DNA from: Bacillota bacterium
Lineage (GTDB): Bacteria; Bacillota; Negativicutes; Sporomusales; Sporomusaceae
Direction of reading: 5' to 3'
Assembly: GCA_017889675.1 (NCBI GenBank)
Contig: JAGGAA010000002.1
Coordinates: forward strand, 1-45,370
Length of the DNA: 45,370 nt
Below the pieces are notes generated by a model, which saw only the letters and a list, made by a program, of their open reading frames with translations, was not told the DNA's origin and made no database searches. Numbering within the stretch: position 1 is the first letter of the stretch; the number at the start of each line of letters is the position of its first letter. Below are positions 16,545-27,157 of the stretch, piece after piece. A program made the position numbers and the translations under genes.

Positions 16545-18104
16545 CTACCACGCCACCTCACGAGCATAGTATTTTTTTAGATTGATAACATCTTCATCTA
16601 ACGGACACATTTCTTCTAAGTCCTTAATAATCTCATCTGCCTGATTATATCTTTTTGCATTAAGCCAAAATACAGCCTGTCTCTTTTTTAAGTATATAAA
16701 TAATGGCACGTTTTTCTCCATTGCGGAAATATTTAATGACAAAAACAAAAAATCTTCTTCCAGTACAATATCACTATTTCCTACAAGCACTCTCTCAATA
16801 TCATTCATTGCGCGGGTGTATTCACCCCCAAAAATGTCTAATATAATTTCCGCGTAATTACAAACAAATTCAGCTTTATCTATCCATGAAAGCAACTCAT
16901 TATCTTTAAACAGTTTTTTTATTACTTTCCATGTATCCTTGACATCTGAGCCTTTTGAATTTCTCATAATGCGAATTAATTCTTTTATAAATTCACGCTT
17001 GTCTCCCTTTGCACAACTACAAAGCATTGTTGCATTTACTATACCTTTTTTTATATCATTCTCCAGTATAAACTCTTCTATTCCAGTGCCGAGGGAAACT
17101 AAAGACGAATATAATATTTCTAGATCTTCTTTTGTGCCAATGTTACCGGTAATTGCCATTATTACTTTTACAATGCTTGATTTAAAGTCAAGCATTTGCT
17201 TTTCTTGTTTAAATAACGAAAATAAATTCTGTGTAAGAGTATCCTTCAATATTATCTCTAGCTCTGCTAATTTCTCTGATAGACTAAGAAACGAATTCAT
17301 TAGAACATTAATTGTTTCTACAATGGCAGAAAAATAGACAGAGAATAAAAAACTATAAATTCTCCCATCTATTTTACCAAACTTTAACATTAATTTTTCG
17401 GCTCTGTAAAACAAAAATTTATCAGCCAAAATCCGATTTAAGTTATATTTATTAGACACCGATGCATAATGATGTCTATAATTATGCAATACCTTATCAG
17501 ATATTACAACCTTATCAGCATATTCGAGCATATTCATGCAAAAGAAGGTGTCTCCTCCATATATTATATTACTGGGAGTAGGCACATAAGCTTTTTTCAC
17601 CAAGTCCTTTCTAAATAACTTTCCCCATGCGGGTCTAAAAAGGTTATATATGGCCGGGAAATAATTGGGGATATCAACACTATTAAGTAACATTTCTTTT
17701 TCAATTTTACGAAAAGTTTTCTCCCCATTGACTTTATGAAAGCAAGTACCCCCAACTGCTATATCTGCGTTATGATCCTTTGCCATTTGATATAGCTTAG
17801 CAAAAAATTCGGGTTCTATCCAATCGTCACTATCAAGTAGGACAATGTATTCACCGCATGCCTCATCAAGCAGTATCTCTATAGATGACAGGCTCGTGCT
17901 ATTTTCCTTATACCTTTTAACTCTTATTCTCGAATCGATCAATGCAAGCTCATCAATAATTTCAGATGTTTTATCTGTTGATCCATTATCCATTAAAATA
18001 TATTCAAATTCGGTAAAAGTCTGGTTTAGTACACTATTCACACACTGCCTTATATATTTCTCAACATTATATGCCCTTGTTGCAATAGATATTTTGGTTA
18101 CCAT
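16545..18104 (-). CDS. glycosyltransferase family 2 with helical/TPR-like C-terminus
   Basis: AYNVEKYIRQC, DNGSTD, LDSDD, WGKLF. Confidence 0.9.
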   Translation of the reverse strand: MVTKISIATRAYNVEKYIRQCVNSVLNQTFTEFEYILMDNGSTDKTSEIIDELALIDSRIRVKRYKENSTSLSSIEILLDEACGEYIVLLDSDDWIEPEFFAKLYQMAKDHNADIAVGGTCFHKVNGEKTFRKIEKEMLLNSVDIPNYFPAIYNLFRPAWGKLFRKDLVKKAYVPTPSNIIYGGDTFFCMNMLEYADKVVISDKVLHNYRHHYASVSNKYNLNRILADKFLFYRAEKLMLKFGKIDGRIYSFLFSVYFSAIVETINVLMNSFLSLSEKLAELEIILKDTLTQNLFSLFKQEKQMLDFKSSIVKVIMAITGNIGTKEDLEILYSSLVSLGTGIEEFILENDIKKGIVNATMLCSCAKGDKREFIKELIRIMRNSKGSDVKDTWKVIKKLFKDNELLSWIDKAEFVCNYAEIILDIFGGEYTRAMNDIERVLVGNSDIVLEEDFLFLSLNISAMEKNVPLFIYLKKRQAVFWLNAKRYNQADEIIKDLEEMCPLDEDVINLKKYYAREVAW

Positions 18105-18217
18105 GCTATCACCTATATAATGAAAATTGTAGAGTTCTCATTACCCTTTCTTATTAAATGCAGAAAATAATCATTTTGTAAATAACATAACACGCACATA
18201 AATATGTATAAGGTTAT

Positions 18218-18510
18218 TTATCTTAGCTTGTCCATCAAAAACATATCGGCTGCCAAATAGTAGCTATCTTTAGATTTTTCCACCTATTCAAATAAAGGTT
18301 TTGCCATATTTACAGCACCCACAGTCATAACAATGGTAAAATAATCGTCCTCCGATTTCAGGCTTTTCCTAGTTGATACCCTCAAACTCAATATCTCTGA
18401 AAAAATCGATTACCTTAACCATCTCTGCATTAGGGTAATTCTCTTTAATATATCTGTGCATCTTTTCCGCAGCAGGTGTTATCCCCTATACTGCATCTTT
18501 AAGATGTCCG
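18218..18510 (-). pseudogene. C-terminal remnant of a paralogue of the 21094-22425 gene
   Basis: Manual translation: DAV*GITPAAEKMHRYIKENYPNAEMVKVIDFFRD...EDDYFTIVMTVGAVNMAKPLFE*VEKSKDSYYLAADMFL; aligns with YALWG...KFPNAKLTAVFD...DDICVIVCAVGA...LFQE...YCIVADCFV. Confidence 0.7.
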
Positions 18511-18630
18511 CCCTTGCTTCAGTTTCATAGCTTTGGATTTGCTAAGCTTGCTATGAGCATATATTTCCCTTAGAAAAGTGCAGACTCGTCCCGTACTAAA
18601 AAACGATGTTGAAAAAACGCCTTTTATGAT

Positions 18631-19691
18631 CTCAACTTTCGCAGCTCAAAGAAGGCAGTAATACCTTGATATAGCTGGGGAGAGCAGCAAACCATTGTAC
18701 AGTTGACTTTTGATAAGCTTGGTAAGTGATGTTTTCAATCCCTTTAACGCATTGTTCACAATAAGAAGCCCTTGTTGCAAGGCAACTGTCCAATCCAACA
18801 AAGCGACTCGTCGCACGCCGCTAAGAATAAGCCTCCCAAGGAGCGCAAGTCAGTACTCTGGCGATGTTGCCAAGCGAGTAGAATATAGCGTGCGAAAACG
18901 ATCGTGGTATGACTATTTAACAAGTCGTAGGATCGTCCTTGAAACTCTTTTGCAGACGGAGCAGTGATTTAGCACATTTGAAGAAGGTCTCAATTTCCCA
19001 GCGAATTCCATAGATACGGATAAATTCCTCCTCGCTGAGAGAAACATCAGTAGACAATAAATCTAATCAATCTTTCTTACTACCGCGATGCCGGACGGAT
19101 ACCACTTTAACGCAAATTCCAGGAGCCATTTTGGTTGTGATGCTACGAAGAACCTCTTGGCGCGAACTCTGAACGGGTCGTGCCTGTTGGTATAGCGATT
19201 GAAGATTGACCTTGCGATCACTAATTTCATAGCGCTGACTAGTAGCTTTGACCATGCCGATCGCATGGAGCCCCCGAGCGACGATGTCTTTGAGTAATGG
19301 TCCATAGGTAAACCAGTTATCCATAAGGACATAGGAAACATCAACTCCTGCCTCAAGTGCCCGCTCCACCATCTCTACCGTCACGGCTGGAGCAGAGCGA
19401 AATGCTTCTTTGCGACGCTTATAGCCACAGGTTCATTTATCAATTTGGTTGGATACACCTTGAAGTAAGGACTTTTTGGAACTTAACAAAGCAAAATCTA
19501 ATGGCAAAAAGGTATGTCCGTCTGACCAACCTAAAGTAAGCAAACGAAACCCTTTATGATATTTTGGTGACTTGGTACTCCCACTATATCAAACAAAAGG
19601 GTGTTTTTCTATTGTCACAGTTCATTCTTTTATGCAATTACTACCAATATCATCAGGCTTTTGAATCAATTTCCCCAGTGCGAAAGTTGAG
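18631..19691 (-). mobile_element. degenerate IS4-family (DDE) insertion sequence
   Basis: 13-bp terminal inverted repeats CTCAACTTTCGCA / TGCGAAAGTTGAG; fragments KGFRLLTLGWSDG, YVLMDNWF, YGIRWEIETFFK (Y-2-R-3-E signature); frameshifts, stops and missing N-terminus. Confidence 0.88.
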
Positions 19692-19700
19692 TTATGCTGG

Positions 19701-20114
19701 TTACGCTACATTCTTCAGTGGCTTAATTTTTTGATAGTCATATAGTTCTTGTTCAGCCATCTGGCGCAATATCGTGGTACGTTCTTCCGGGACATATTTT
19801 TCATGACAGTGCTTTATCATTCCCACGATTAATCAACATGTATCCGCTAGTTTCAAGTAGGTCTCTACCCGCTTGAGCCTGCAAACTGGCAATTTCTTAT
19901 GGCGAAAAAAAGCACCGTCGAATAAGTTTGATTCTAAAGCAAAGTTTAGTTCCGACTGCTTGCGGAACTTTAACATCTCCCGCTGTAGTGTTGACCCCTG
20001 CGGAACAGGGCCGAAAAATCGGGGCTCTTTCTCAAAAGAGTACGTAAGTTTTACCATTCTAAATAGAGGTGTGCTTCTTTTTACCCTAAATGGATTTTCA
20101 TACGCATTTTCCAT
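19701..20114 (-). pseudogene. probable transposase C-terminal fragment
   Basis: PRFFGPVPQGS...RKQSELNF resembles the PR.F.P.PRGS...R...ER.. segment of IS1182/IS5-like DDE enzymes; frame continues past the stop at 19833. Confidence 0.45.
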
Positions 20115-20184
20115 GTTTTCATATATTCAATTTTATTTTAATACAGACTCTACTATTCAGGGCTTGTTCATGAAAATCTACTAA

Positions 20185-20902
20185 ATCCAACCCAAAGCCT
20201 TTGTAGTTCTGTTTTCCCAAACCATGGCTAATGTTGAAGTCATTAGTAAAAGGCGCGTAGTTGCCTTAGATGGGAAAACCCTTGCCGGCATTTATCATAA
20301 TGAAAGCCGAAAAGGATTAAGTTATATGGTCGGCGCTTGGTGTAGTGAAAATAAAATTTCTTTGGCTCAGGTAAATACCCAGGCCAAAAGCAATGAAATT
20401 ACCTTCATTCCTGAATTATTGGATATAAAGGGTGCCATTGTTACAATGGATGCAATGGGATACTAGAAATCTATTGTAGCTAAGATCGTAAAAGAAGGCT
20501 GACTATCTCATCGGCTCAAAGGCAAGCAAGGGATCATGCACCGAGAGTTTCTTGAATATGCACAATCCATGCCAGTATCCACTAAAAAAAGATAAATACG
20601 AAATGTATCGTACACTTGAAAAGGGACATGGCCGGATAGAAGAACGCGGTTACTATTTGTTTCGCGACTTAGACTGGTTTAAAGAAAAGAAGCAATGGAC
20701 TGGATTGTCGGGTTTACTCTTTACAGAGTGTCGTCGCAGTGATATCAAAAATGCTACTGAAGCCAAAACGGAAATTCGTCTTTACATTACGAGTGCACAA
20801 GGTAGCGTGGAAGAAATTGCTCAAGCTTCCAGATCTCACTGGGAGATTGAGAATAACTTGCACTGGGTGTTGATGTTGGTTTTCGAGAAGATCAATGGCT
20901 GA
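20185..20902 (+). mobile_element. ISAs1-family transposase pseudogene
   Basis: VALDGKTL, KSNEITFIPELL, IVTMDAMG, EKGHGRIEER, RSHWEIENNLHWVL; interrupted by stops and frameshifts. Confidence 0.9.
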
Positions 20903-21097
20903 AACGACTTCATCTTGCATCGCATATTCTTCAACAATCCTGCGTGTTAGACCACCGTCTGTAAAGCCATTGTCGCACAGATAATACGTGAAATCTGTAT
21001 AGGTTTGATTCAAGATACTGTCCACAGCACGCCACAAAGTTTTTCCGGCATTATAAGCAATCGTTCGGACATATATCAGGGCGGGGACACCTCTCAT
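20903..21097 (-). pseudogene. N-terminal fragment of a GT2 glycosyltransferase
   Basis: AYNAGKTLWRAVDSILNQTYTDFTYYLCDNGFTD, then runs into antisense ISAs1 sequence. Confidence 0.8.
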
Positions 21098-22425
21098 CTT
21101 CTGATATCATCTTGTGTTACAAAACAATCGGCTACGATACAATAGCGGCTTTTATCCAGACCAAGCTCTTGAAATAACGCTAACGCATCGCCTGTTGCAC
21201 CCACGGCGCACACAATAACACAAATGTCATCCATATCTTTCAAAGTATCCGGAGAGCTAATGGGAAGTCCAAGCAACTGCTCTTTACGGTGCCGATCAAA
21301 TACAGCTGTTAGTTTTGCGTTTGGAAACTTTGTTTCAATGAGATTTTTCCAGTAATCGGCATTATTAGTACTTGCCCCCCACAGTGCATATCGAATGGTT
21401 TCACCGTTTTTGTTTTTCCAATATTTTTCGGCATATTCCTCAAACCGATATGCATTTTTATGTGTAACCACATGCGGATCCTCATAGTTGAGCCTTTTCT
21501 CCCTGGCTTCAAACAGAGATGTCAATAAAGATCCATTGTTTGCACATACCGCAGCAGCTTCAGCAGCCTTGATTCGTTCAATGGCGAAATTGATAAGTTT
21601 TTTCTTGATAGGCTCAATATCGGGCACTGCCGGGAACCAGTTAATGTTTTGATAGTGTTCCCTATTGTAAATGGGAATATATTTTTCGATAAACGAAAAA
21701 CGGGTATCCACCTTATCTTTCACCAGTACTACCGGAATTCCAAAAGCAGTACAGGGCAACGCAACATGCAAACGCGATGTAATGATTAACCGTGCCTTTT
21801 TTTGGTAAAATTCATACTTTGATTTCACAAATCGAAAAAGATTCTTATAATCTTTTATTTCGTCTTCATGAAAAACATACTGTTGTGTTGTAAATAACAC
21901 ATCAGAATCCAATATCTGCGTGGGAATCCATGGCAATACACTCTTTGGTGCGTCTGCAAAAATAACTGATCCATCAGCAGGCTCCTTACATTTTGGAAAA
22001 ACAGCTGTGAGACAACCATTAATATATGCCGGAATACCATGTCTTTTGAAATAATGATAAGAGACTTCATCACGGCATCCTATTGGCGCATAACGCAAGA
22101 AATAGGCATGATTATGCTCGTCTTGGAGAAAGCGATCAATGTCAAGATAAGAATCAAGCGTAGGTAGTAGCACAGCCAGAAAAACCGGCGTAATTCGGGG
22201 TGAAATTGCAATTTTTCCATTAATAATACAATTGTTAATAGAAAAGTTAATAGGAAGCACAATATCTTCGCCATCATAATCAATGATATCCCGTAACCCA
22301 ATATAATGAATATCCCTCTCTTGGATGCCCATCTGCTCGTACAGATATGCTATGGCAAGAAATTGTAAATAATCGCCTATATTAACACTGGTCCTTCCAA
22401 CATCGCAAAAATTGGCATACCTCAT
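21094..22425 (-). CDS. polysaccharide pyruvyltransferase-like protein with C-terminal Rossmann-like domain
   Basis: NIGDYLQ, PIGCRD, ITSRLHVALPCTAFGIPV. Confidence 0.75.
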   Translation of the reverse strand: MRYANFCDVGRTSVNIGDYLQFLAIAYLYEQMGIQERDIHYIGLRDIIDYDGEDIVLPINFSINNCIINGKIAISPRITPVFLAVLLPTLDSYLDIDRFLQDEHNHAYFLRYAPIGCRDEVSYHYFKRHGIPAYINGCLTAVFPKCKEPADGSVIFADAPKSVLPWIPTQILDSDVLFTTQQYVFHEDEIKDYKNLFRFVKSKYEFYQKKARLIITSRLHVALPCTAFGIPVVLVKDKVDTRFSFIEKYIPIYNREHYQNINWFPAVPDIEPIKKKLINFAIERIKAAEAAAVCANNGSLLTSLFEAREKRLNYEDPHVVTHKNAYRFEEYAEKYWKNKNGETIRYALWGASTNNADYWKNLIETKFPNAKLTAVFDRHRKEQLLGLPISSPDTLKDMDDICVIVCAVGATGDALALFQELGLDKSRYCIVADCFVTQDDIRR

Positions 22426-22447
22426 GACTCATGCGACTCCTTTCGAC

Positions 22448-23320
22448 TTAAGGTGACACTTTTTCAAACAAAAATAATGTATTAATGTCATGGCTTGGAT
22501 CGGGGTGCGCTGCCTTTAATATAAAGCCGTTTTGCGCAAGCAAATCGATAATTTTCTGCTCCGTAAAATTATTGACATAAGCAGATGCACGTCTGCCGTC
22601 TAGATTGGGAAACTTCTCAAGCGTTATGTACGACAGAATAATCTTATGCCCTGTTGTCGCACACACATGACGCAACAATGACTCGATTGTTGTTAAAAAT
22701 TCTAATATTCCACTAAGTACAGCAACATCGGCATAAATTCTCGGGAATTTCCTCGCATTCAAATCACATAGTATGGTTTCCTCCGAGCGCCGGATATAGT
22801 CAATTGGGTAGTATTGCACCCCCCCCGGCGAGGTGGTGTGGATGAGGTTTTTCAAAAACATCTCACCTGCGCCATAGTCAACTACCGAACGATCATTTTC
22901 GTCTATCCACTCGGAAATGTTCTTGACCCTAATTCGCATCCGCGCCCAATTAGCCTTTTTTTCTAAATCCAGCCATGTTATTTCATCTGGTATAAACAGC
23001 GTATAGGAGAGAATCTGATCTTCAGGAAAACCCAAAAATTCCAATTGTTTTTTAATTTCATCAAAAAAAATCGCGGATGAAATTAAAATATTTGCATTCG
23101 GATATGTTTCTTTCATCTCCTGTGGTGAAAGAACTTTCCCACCGCTCTGTCCACTCTCTTGTTTTTCAGTATTGTTATCCACAAAACAGGCTATCGGTAT
23201 ATTATTCTCTTCGCAAAACGCTTTTATTTTCCCGCCCATTCCGCCCATTCCAAACAGTACAAGGGGGCGCTTGGTCAATTGTGATTTTAGCCCATGTGGA
23301 TCTTCTGGCTGCATAAACAT
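22448..23320 (-). CDS. class I SAM-dependent methyltransferase-like protein with N-terminal Rossmann-like domain
   Basis: LVLFGMGGMG...CFVDNN; VVDYGAGE motif I, CDLN, SGILEF. Confidence 0.75.
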   Translation of the reverse strand: MFMQPEDPHGLKSQLTKRPLVLFGMGGMGGKIKAFCEENNIPIACFVDNNTEKQESGQSGGKVLSPQEMKETYPNANILISSAIFFDEIKKQLEFLGFPEDQILSYTLFIPDEITWLDLEKKANWARMRIRVKNISEWIDENDRSVVDYGAGEMFLKNLIHTTSPGGVQYYPIDYIRRSEETILCDLNARKFPRIYADVAVLSGILEFLTTIESLLRHVCATTGHKIILSYITLEKFPNLDGRRASAYVNNFTEQKIIDLLAQNGFILKAAHPDPSHDINTLFLFEKVSP

Positions 23321-23341
23321 AAATTTATTCCTCTATCCTTA

Positions 23342-23572
23342 TCAAGTCTTTTTGCTTTTCATTACTAATTGCATAATGGAATCTACATTAGCAAAATTGC
23401 TTGCCGTTACCGCATCATCGGCAATTTCAATGTCAAAAGCATCCTCTAATTGTGTTATAAGACTGATGATAGCAAGAGAATCCAAAATACCACTAGCGAT
23501 TAATTCACTAGTTCCCGTAATTTTTTCATAGGGTCGGATCTCGTTAAGCAATGCGATAATTTCTTTAATCAT
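23342..23572 (-). CDS. carrier protein (DltC/ACP-like)
   Basis: LIASGILDSL, LEDAFDIEI, NFANVDSI. Confidence 0.9.
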   Translation of the reverse strand: MIKEIIALLNEIRPYEKITGTSELIASGILDSLAIISLITQLEDAFDIEIADDAVTASNFANVDSIMQLVMKSKKT

Positions 23573-24419
23573 GAGGTGCTCCTTTTACTTGCGTCAACTG
23601 TTCTCCCGGCGTATAACGCGGTTCATTGTCATATACACCACTTCCGTTACAGTATGCACATGCAGGATTGTAATCGACAGCCAACATGGAACGGAATCGA
23701 TCCAATTTTTCTTCAATGGATGTTTTTTCTTCGCTTAAATCAATAAATAATGTATCGTTCAATGGGATTCTACCAATTCTCCGACCAACTTCTGCAAGCG
23801 GACAAAGAAAAAGGCGCGTCCCAAAAATAGTACACAACATATTTCCGTTTACTCCACCGTAACACTTTTCATAACGAAACTTTGCTTCAGCCGCATTGGC
23901 TTTTTTTTCGCTGCTTATCCCATAATCGTGCCAGCCATTCATATGCACATCGGAGCCATAGTATTTCCTAGTTTTAAAGGATATACCTGCATTTTTCAAT
24001 GCCTCCTCAACAGCATCAACCTTTTTTGAAACAGCCGGACCGTAGTTGTCAATTAAAAAAGAAATTTTTTCGTTCTTAACAGAACTATTCAATAAATTAT
24101 CAGAAACAGGCAAAGTTCCATTGGTGAATATTTCCAGCTTTTTAAATCTATCTTCGTATGTGAGTAAAAAGTCAACCAACTTGTCCAGTTCAGAAAACAA
24201 GAATGGCTCACCACCGGACAGAGAAATCATACGGACAGACTCGACCATTTCAAAATAAACCTTAAAACTATTCTTCATCTGTTCCAGCGTATACATAGGA
24301 ATACTTGGCAAGGCATATAATTCCGGTATATAAGCGGAACACTTATTGCATCGCAAATTACATTTAGACGTAACATGGCAACTCACACGATCAAGAACTA
24401 ACTTTTCCATACATAACAT
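23565..24419 (-). CDS. radical SAM protein
   Basis: CNLRCNKC, SGGEP, TNGT, C-terminal C...CP...CAYC. Confidence 0.9.
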   Translation of the reverse strand: MLCMEKLVLDRVSCHVTSKCNLRCNKCSAYIPELYALPSIPMYTLEQMKNSFKVYFEMVESVRMISLSGGEPFLFSELDKLVDFLLTYEDRFKKLEIFTNGTLPVSDNLLNSSVKNEKISFLIDNYGPAVSKKVDAVEEALKNAGISFKTRKYYGSDVHMNGWHDYGISSEKKANAAEAKFRYEKCYGGVNGNMLCTIFGTRLFLCPLAEVGRRIGRIPLNDTLFIDLSEEKTSIEEKLDRFRSMLAVDYNPACAYCNGSGVYDNEPRYTPGEQLTQVKGAPHD

Positions 24420-24422
24420 CCT

Positions 24423-25934
24423 TTACAATTTTTCTTTCAACTTTATCCTGTCAATTTTTCCGTTCGCGTTGAGCGGCAGAGTTTGTAAGCCTATGATTAA
24501 GGCGGGCAACATATAGTGAGGCAAACAAGTTTTTAAATACTGATATAGCTCTGACTTGTCAATGTTTTCGGCCGCAACAAAAAGTATAATTCTCTGTTTT
24601 TCCGCATCATATAATGCACAACTCTGTTTAACATCCGTATACGCACTTGACGTTACCTCAATCTCTCCCAATTCAATGCGGTGTCCCATATGTTTTATCT
24701 GGTAATCTTTGCGCCCAAGATACAGCAATTCGCCATAATCATTATATCGTACCAAGTCACCTGTGCGATAAATTTTTTCAGGATACTTATCATTTAGCGG
24801 GTTCTGCGTGAATGCAGCGGCAGTTTTTTCAGGATTGCGATAATATCCATAAGACAAACAGGTTCCTCTTACGCACAATTCGCCAATTTCCCCATCCGAA
24901 ATAGCCTCATCTCGTTCGTTTAACACCAGAATTTCGGTGTTTCGACAGGGAAACCCAATCGGCAGGCTTTCGTTATTGCAGAATTCGCGGTCCACAATAA
25001 AATATGTGCAAACATCAGTAATTTCGGTAGGGCCATACAGGTTGGCGTACAGGGCGTTTGGAATAACACGTCTCCAACTGTTAAGCTGGTTGGTTGGCAT
25101 CACTTCGCCGCAAAACAGTATTTTCTCCAACCCTTTTGGGCAGGCCGTCTCCAAAACACCGGAGTTGGCAACAAGCACAAGTGCCGACGGCACCCAAAAG
25201 ATTGTATTGATCCCGGCATCAGCCAAATAGCGGCACAATCGCTTGGGCGATAGGAACTTTTCATCAGGAATGATGACCGTTTTACAGGCATTTTTGACAG
25301 TACTGTAAATATCCAGAATAGAATTATCGAAATAAAAAGGAGCTTGGTTTCCAAATACGGTGCATTCTGAAAACGAAAACGTTTCGGTAAGCCACTCGGC
25401 ATAGTCAATAACCGAGCGGTGACTGATAACCACGCCCTTGGGCATACCTGTAGAGCCGGAGGTGAACATGACATATAACGGGTCTGTGTCAATGATAGTG
25501 CGTTGTATCTTGTCCACTACGTCATCGTCTACCGCTCCGGCACGCGGGATTTCTATATCAATCACTACAGAATGTGCTGAAATCGCTGCAACGGCTTCGC
25601 GGTGAGCCGCGCCCGTGATGATGGCGGCAGGACACAGCGTTTCCATAATTCTACTCAGCCGTGTCTGCGGCATAGCCGTGTCCAGCGGTGTGTAGAAGTT
25701 CCCGCTGTATGCCGCCGCAAAGAACGCGATGATACAAGCTACGCTTTTGGGCAAATACACACCGACAGGCTGCTTGGTTTTTCCACCTACAGCCGCAATG
25801 ATTTCACAAGCCAACTCCCGGCTTTGCCGCTCAAGCTGAAAAAATGTCAAGCTTTGCTGTTCATCCTGAAACGCGATTTTGTCAGGGTAGAGCTCAGCGG
25901 AACGCTGTAAATATTGGGTTACATTAGTAAGCAT
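24423..25934 (-). CDS. stand-alone amino acid adenylation domain protein (DltA-like)
   Basis: YVMFTSGSTGMPKGV, FYFDNS, NLYGPTE, GELCVRG, YRTGD, GHRIELGEIE, NGKIDR. Confidence 0.93.
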   Translation of the reverse strand: MLTNVTQYLQRSAELYPDKIAFQDEQQSLTFFQLERQSRELACEIIAAVGGKTKQPVGVYLPKSVACIIAFFAAAYSGNFYTPLDTAMPQTRLSRIMETLCPAAIITGAAHREAVAAISAHSVVIDIEIPRAGAVDDDVVDKIQRTIIDTDPLYVMFTSGSTGMPKGVVISHRSVIDYAEWLTETFSFSECTVFGNQAPFYFDNSILDIYSTVKNACKTVIIPDEKFLSPKRLCRYLADAGINTIFWVPSALVLVANSGVLETACPKGLEKILFCGEVMPTNQLNSWRRVIPNALYANLYGPTEITDVCTYFIVDREFCNNESLPIGFPCRNTEILVLNERDEAISDGEIGELCVRGTCLSYGYYRNPEKTAAAFTQNPLNDKYPEKIYRTGDLVRYNDYGELLYLGRKDYQIKHMGHRIELGEIEVTSSAYTDVKQSCALYDAEKQRIILFVAAENIDKSELYQYLKTCLPHYMLPALIIGLQTLPLNANGKIDRIKLKEKL

Positions 25935-25945
25935 AAAAACACTCC

Positions 25946-27157
25946 CTATCCAAACAAAGAGAGAAGCGATTTGGATTCATTGAAAAAATTCAATAATTTG
26001 CTCCGTCCAGCATAGTTTGAAGTTTCGTCTATCGTGTTTGCTGCTGCGAACTCGTCTTCTGAGAGCAGGAAGCTGGCATCTGCAACACTGTAGTCAAGAT
26101 GATCGCCGTCCAGGAATTGATACAGTTTTGTAAAATTTTCTGTATATCTTGTTTTAAAATCAGATCCGAAGAACCGTTCACCCTGCATATAGTTTACCGG
26201 CGGCACGTAGAGAACGATAGGAATACCATTGCCATTCAACAGCCGGATTGTCTTTTTCAGATAAACAACCCCCTCGGTTTCCTCTCTGATTTTAAACAAG
26301 TAGTTCATCTTCATATACAGCTTTTCGCTTGTATCGCCCTCAGTCTTTTTGAATGCCGCGAACGACTCCACCTGAAAGCGGTTAAACCGCTCTTCGGCAA
26401 GTTTTGCATACTCAGAAAACTCCGCCCGCGGGTATGACGTTGTTTCTACCAAACGGCGAATTAAAGCCGGATGTTGTGTGCGCGGCATGAGATGTGCTTT
26501 TGGTGTTAATACTTCCAGCACTAATAATAACAATAATAAAGCTGGACGTTCTCCCTGATCCAGCAAAGATCGAATGATGTGATAATACGCTTGCTGACCA
26601 ATTCCGTGCATAGCCAACACTTTACAACGTTTTTCGCCGAGTCGCACTTTCAGCATATCACCTAATGAACTGGTCATTCTATCAGTCAACGCGATATGCG
26701 AAAAAGCGCAATCGCCCATGACCAACATATGGTTAGCAACAGACCGGCGATACTCCGAAATATATGCGTCATAAACCGATGTATCAAACGAGAACCAGTC
26801 CTGGCGCTCTTTCAGCCCGGCTCCCGCCAGTTGTCTTTCCATCGCCCCGCTGTTTTCCGGTGAAAGGAGGAATATTTGCCCACCTTCGTAACACAAGGCT
26901 TCGCTAAGCGAGAGAATATCGTAGTAATTGATAAGGTTGCCCTGCTTCTCAAGGTTGTTATCACAAAAAACAATATTTTTAAAGTTGCGCCGTTCCAAGA
27001 TACACATTAAACAGCATCCACGTATCCCAGCACCGAAGATTACAATCCGTTTCCCGGCGAGCGTGTCCGTGAGCCGCTCAACCTCTGCTTGAAAGTGTTG
27101 ATACACTACAGCATGCTCCGACGTAACTGGCCATGCAAAATTAATTTTTTCACTCAT
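25946..27157 (-). CDS. hypothetical protein: Rossmann-like N-domain plus atypical SGNH/DltD-like domain
   Basis: IVIFGAGIRG...FCDNN; LVMGDC at the GDS position; VLYVPPVNY; DETSNYAGR at the DxxHxNxxG position. Confidence 0.6.
   Translation of the reverse strand: MSEKINFAWPVTSEHAVVYQHFQAEVERLTDTLAGKRIVIFGAGIRGCCLMCILERRNFKNIVFCDNNLEKQGNLINYYDILSLSEALCYEGGQIFLLSPENSGAMERQLAGAGLKERQDWFSFDTSVYDAYISEYRRSVANHMLVMGDCAFSHIALTDRMTSSLGDMLKVRLGEKRCKVLAMHGIGQQAYYHIIRSLLDQGERPALLLLLLVLEVLTPKAHLMPRTQHPALIRRLVETTSYPRAEFSEYAKLAEERFNRFQVESFAAFKKTEGDTSEKLYMKMNYLFKIREETEGVVYLKKTIRLLNGNGIPIVLYVPPVNYMQGERFFGSDFKTRYTENFTKLYQFLDGDHLDYSVADASFLLSEDEFAAANTIDETSNYAGRSKLLNFFNESKSLLSLFG

Noticed and set aside
18243-18272. 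Sigma-28 promoter (GCCGATAT) upstream of the 16545 GT2
   Set aside because: TAAA lies 18 nt away rather than 15-16, and the octamer is explained by AADM codons of the pseudogene; not fully excluded.
23342-27157. Canonical dlt operon or NRPS
   Set aside because: No DltB/MBOAT, no membrane anchor, and no condensation or thioesterase domain.
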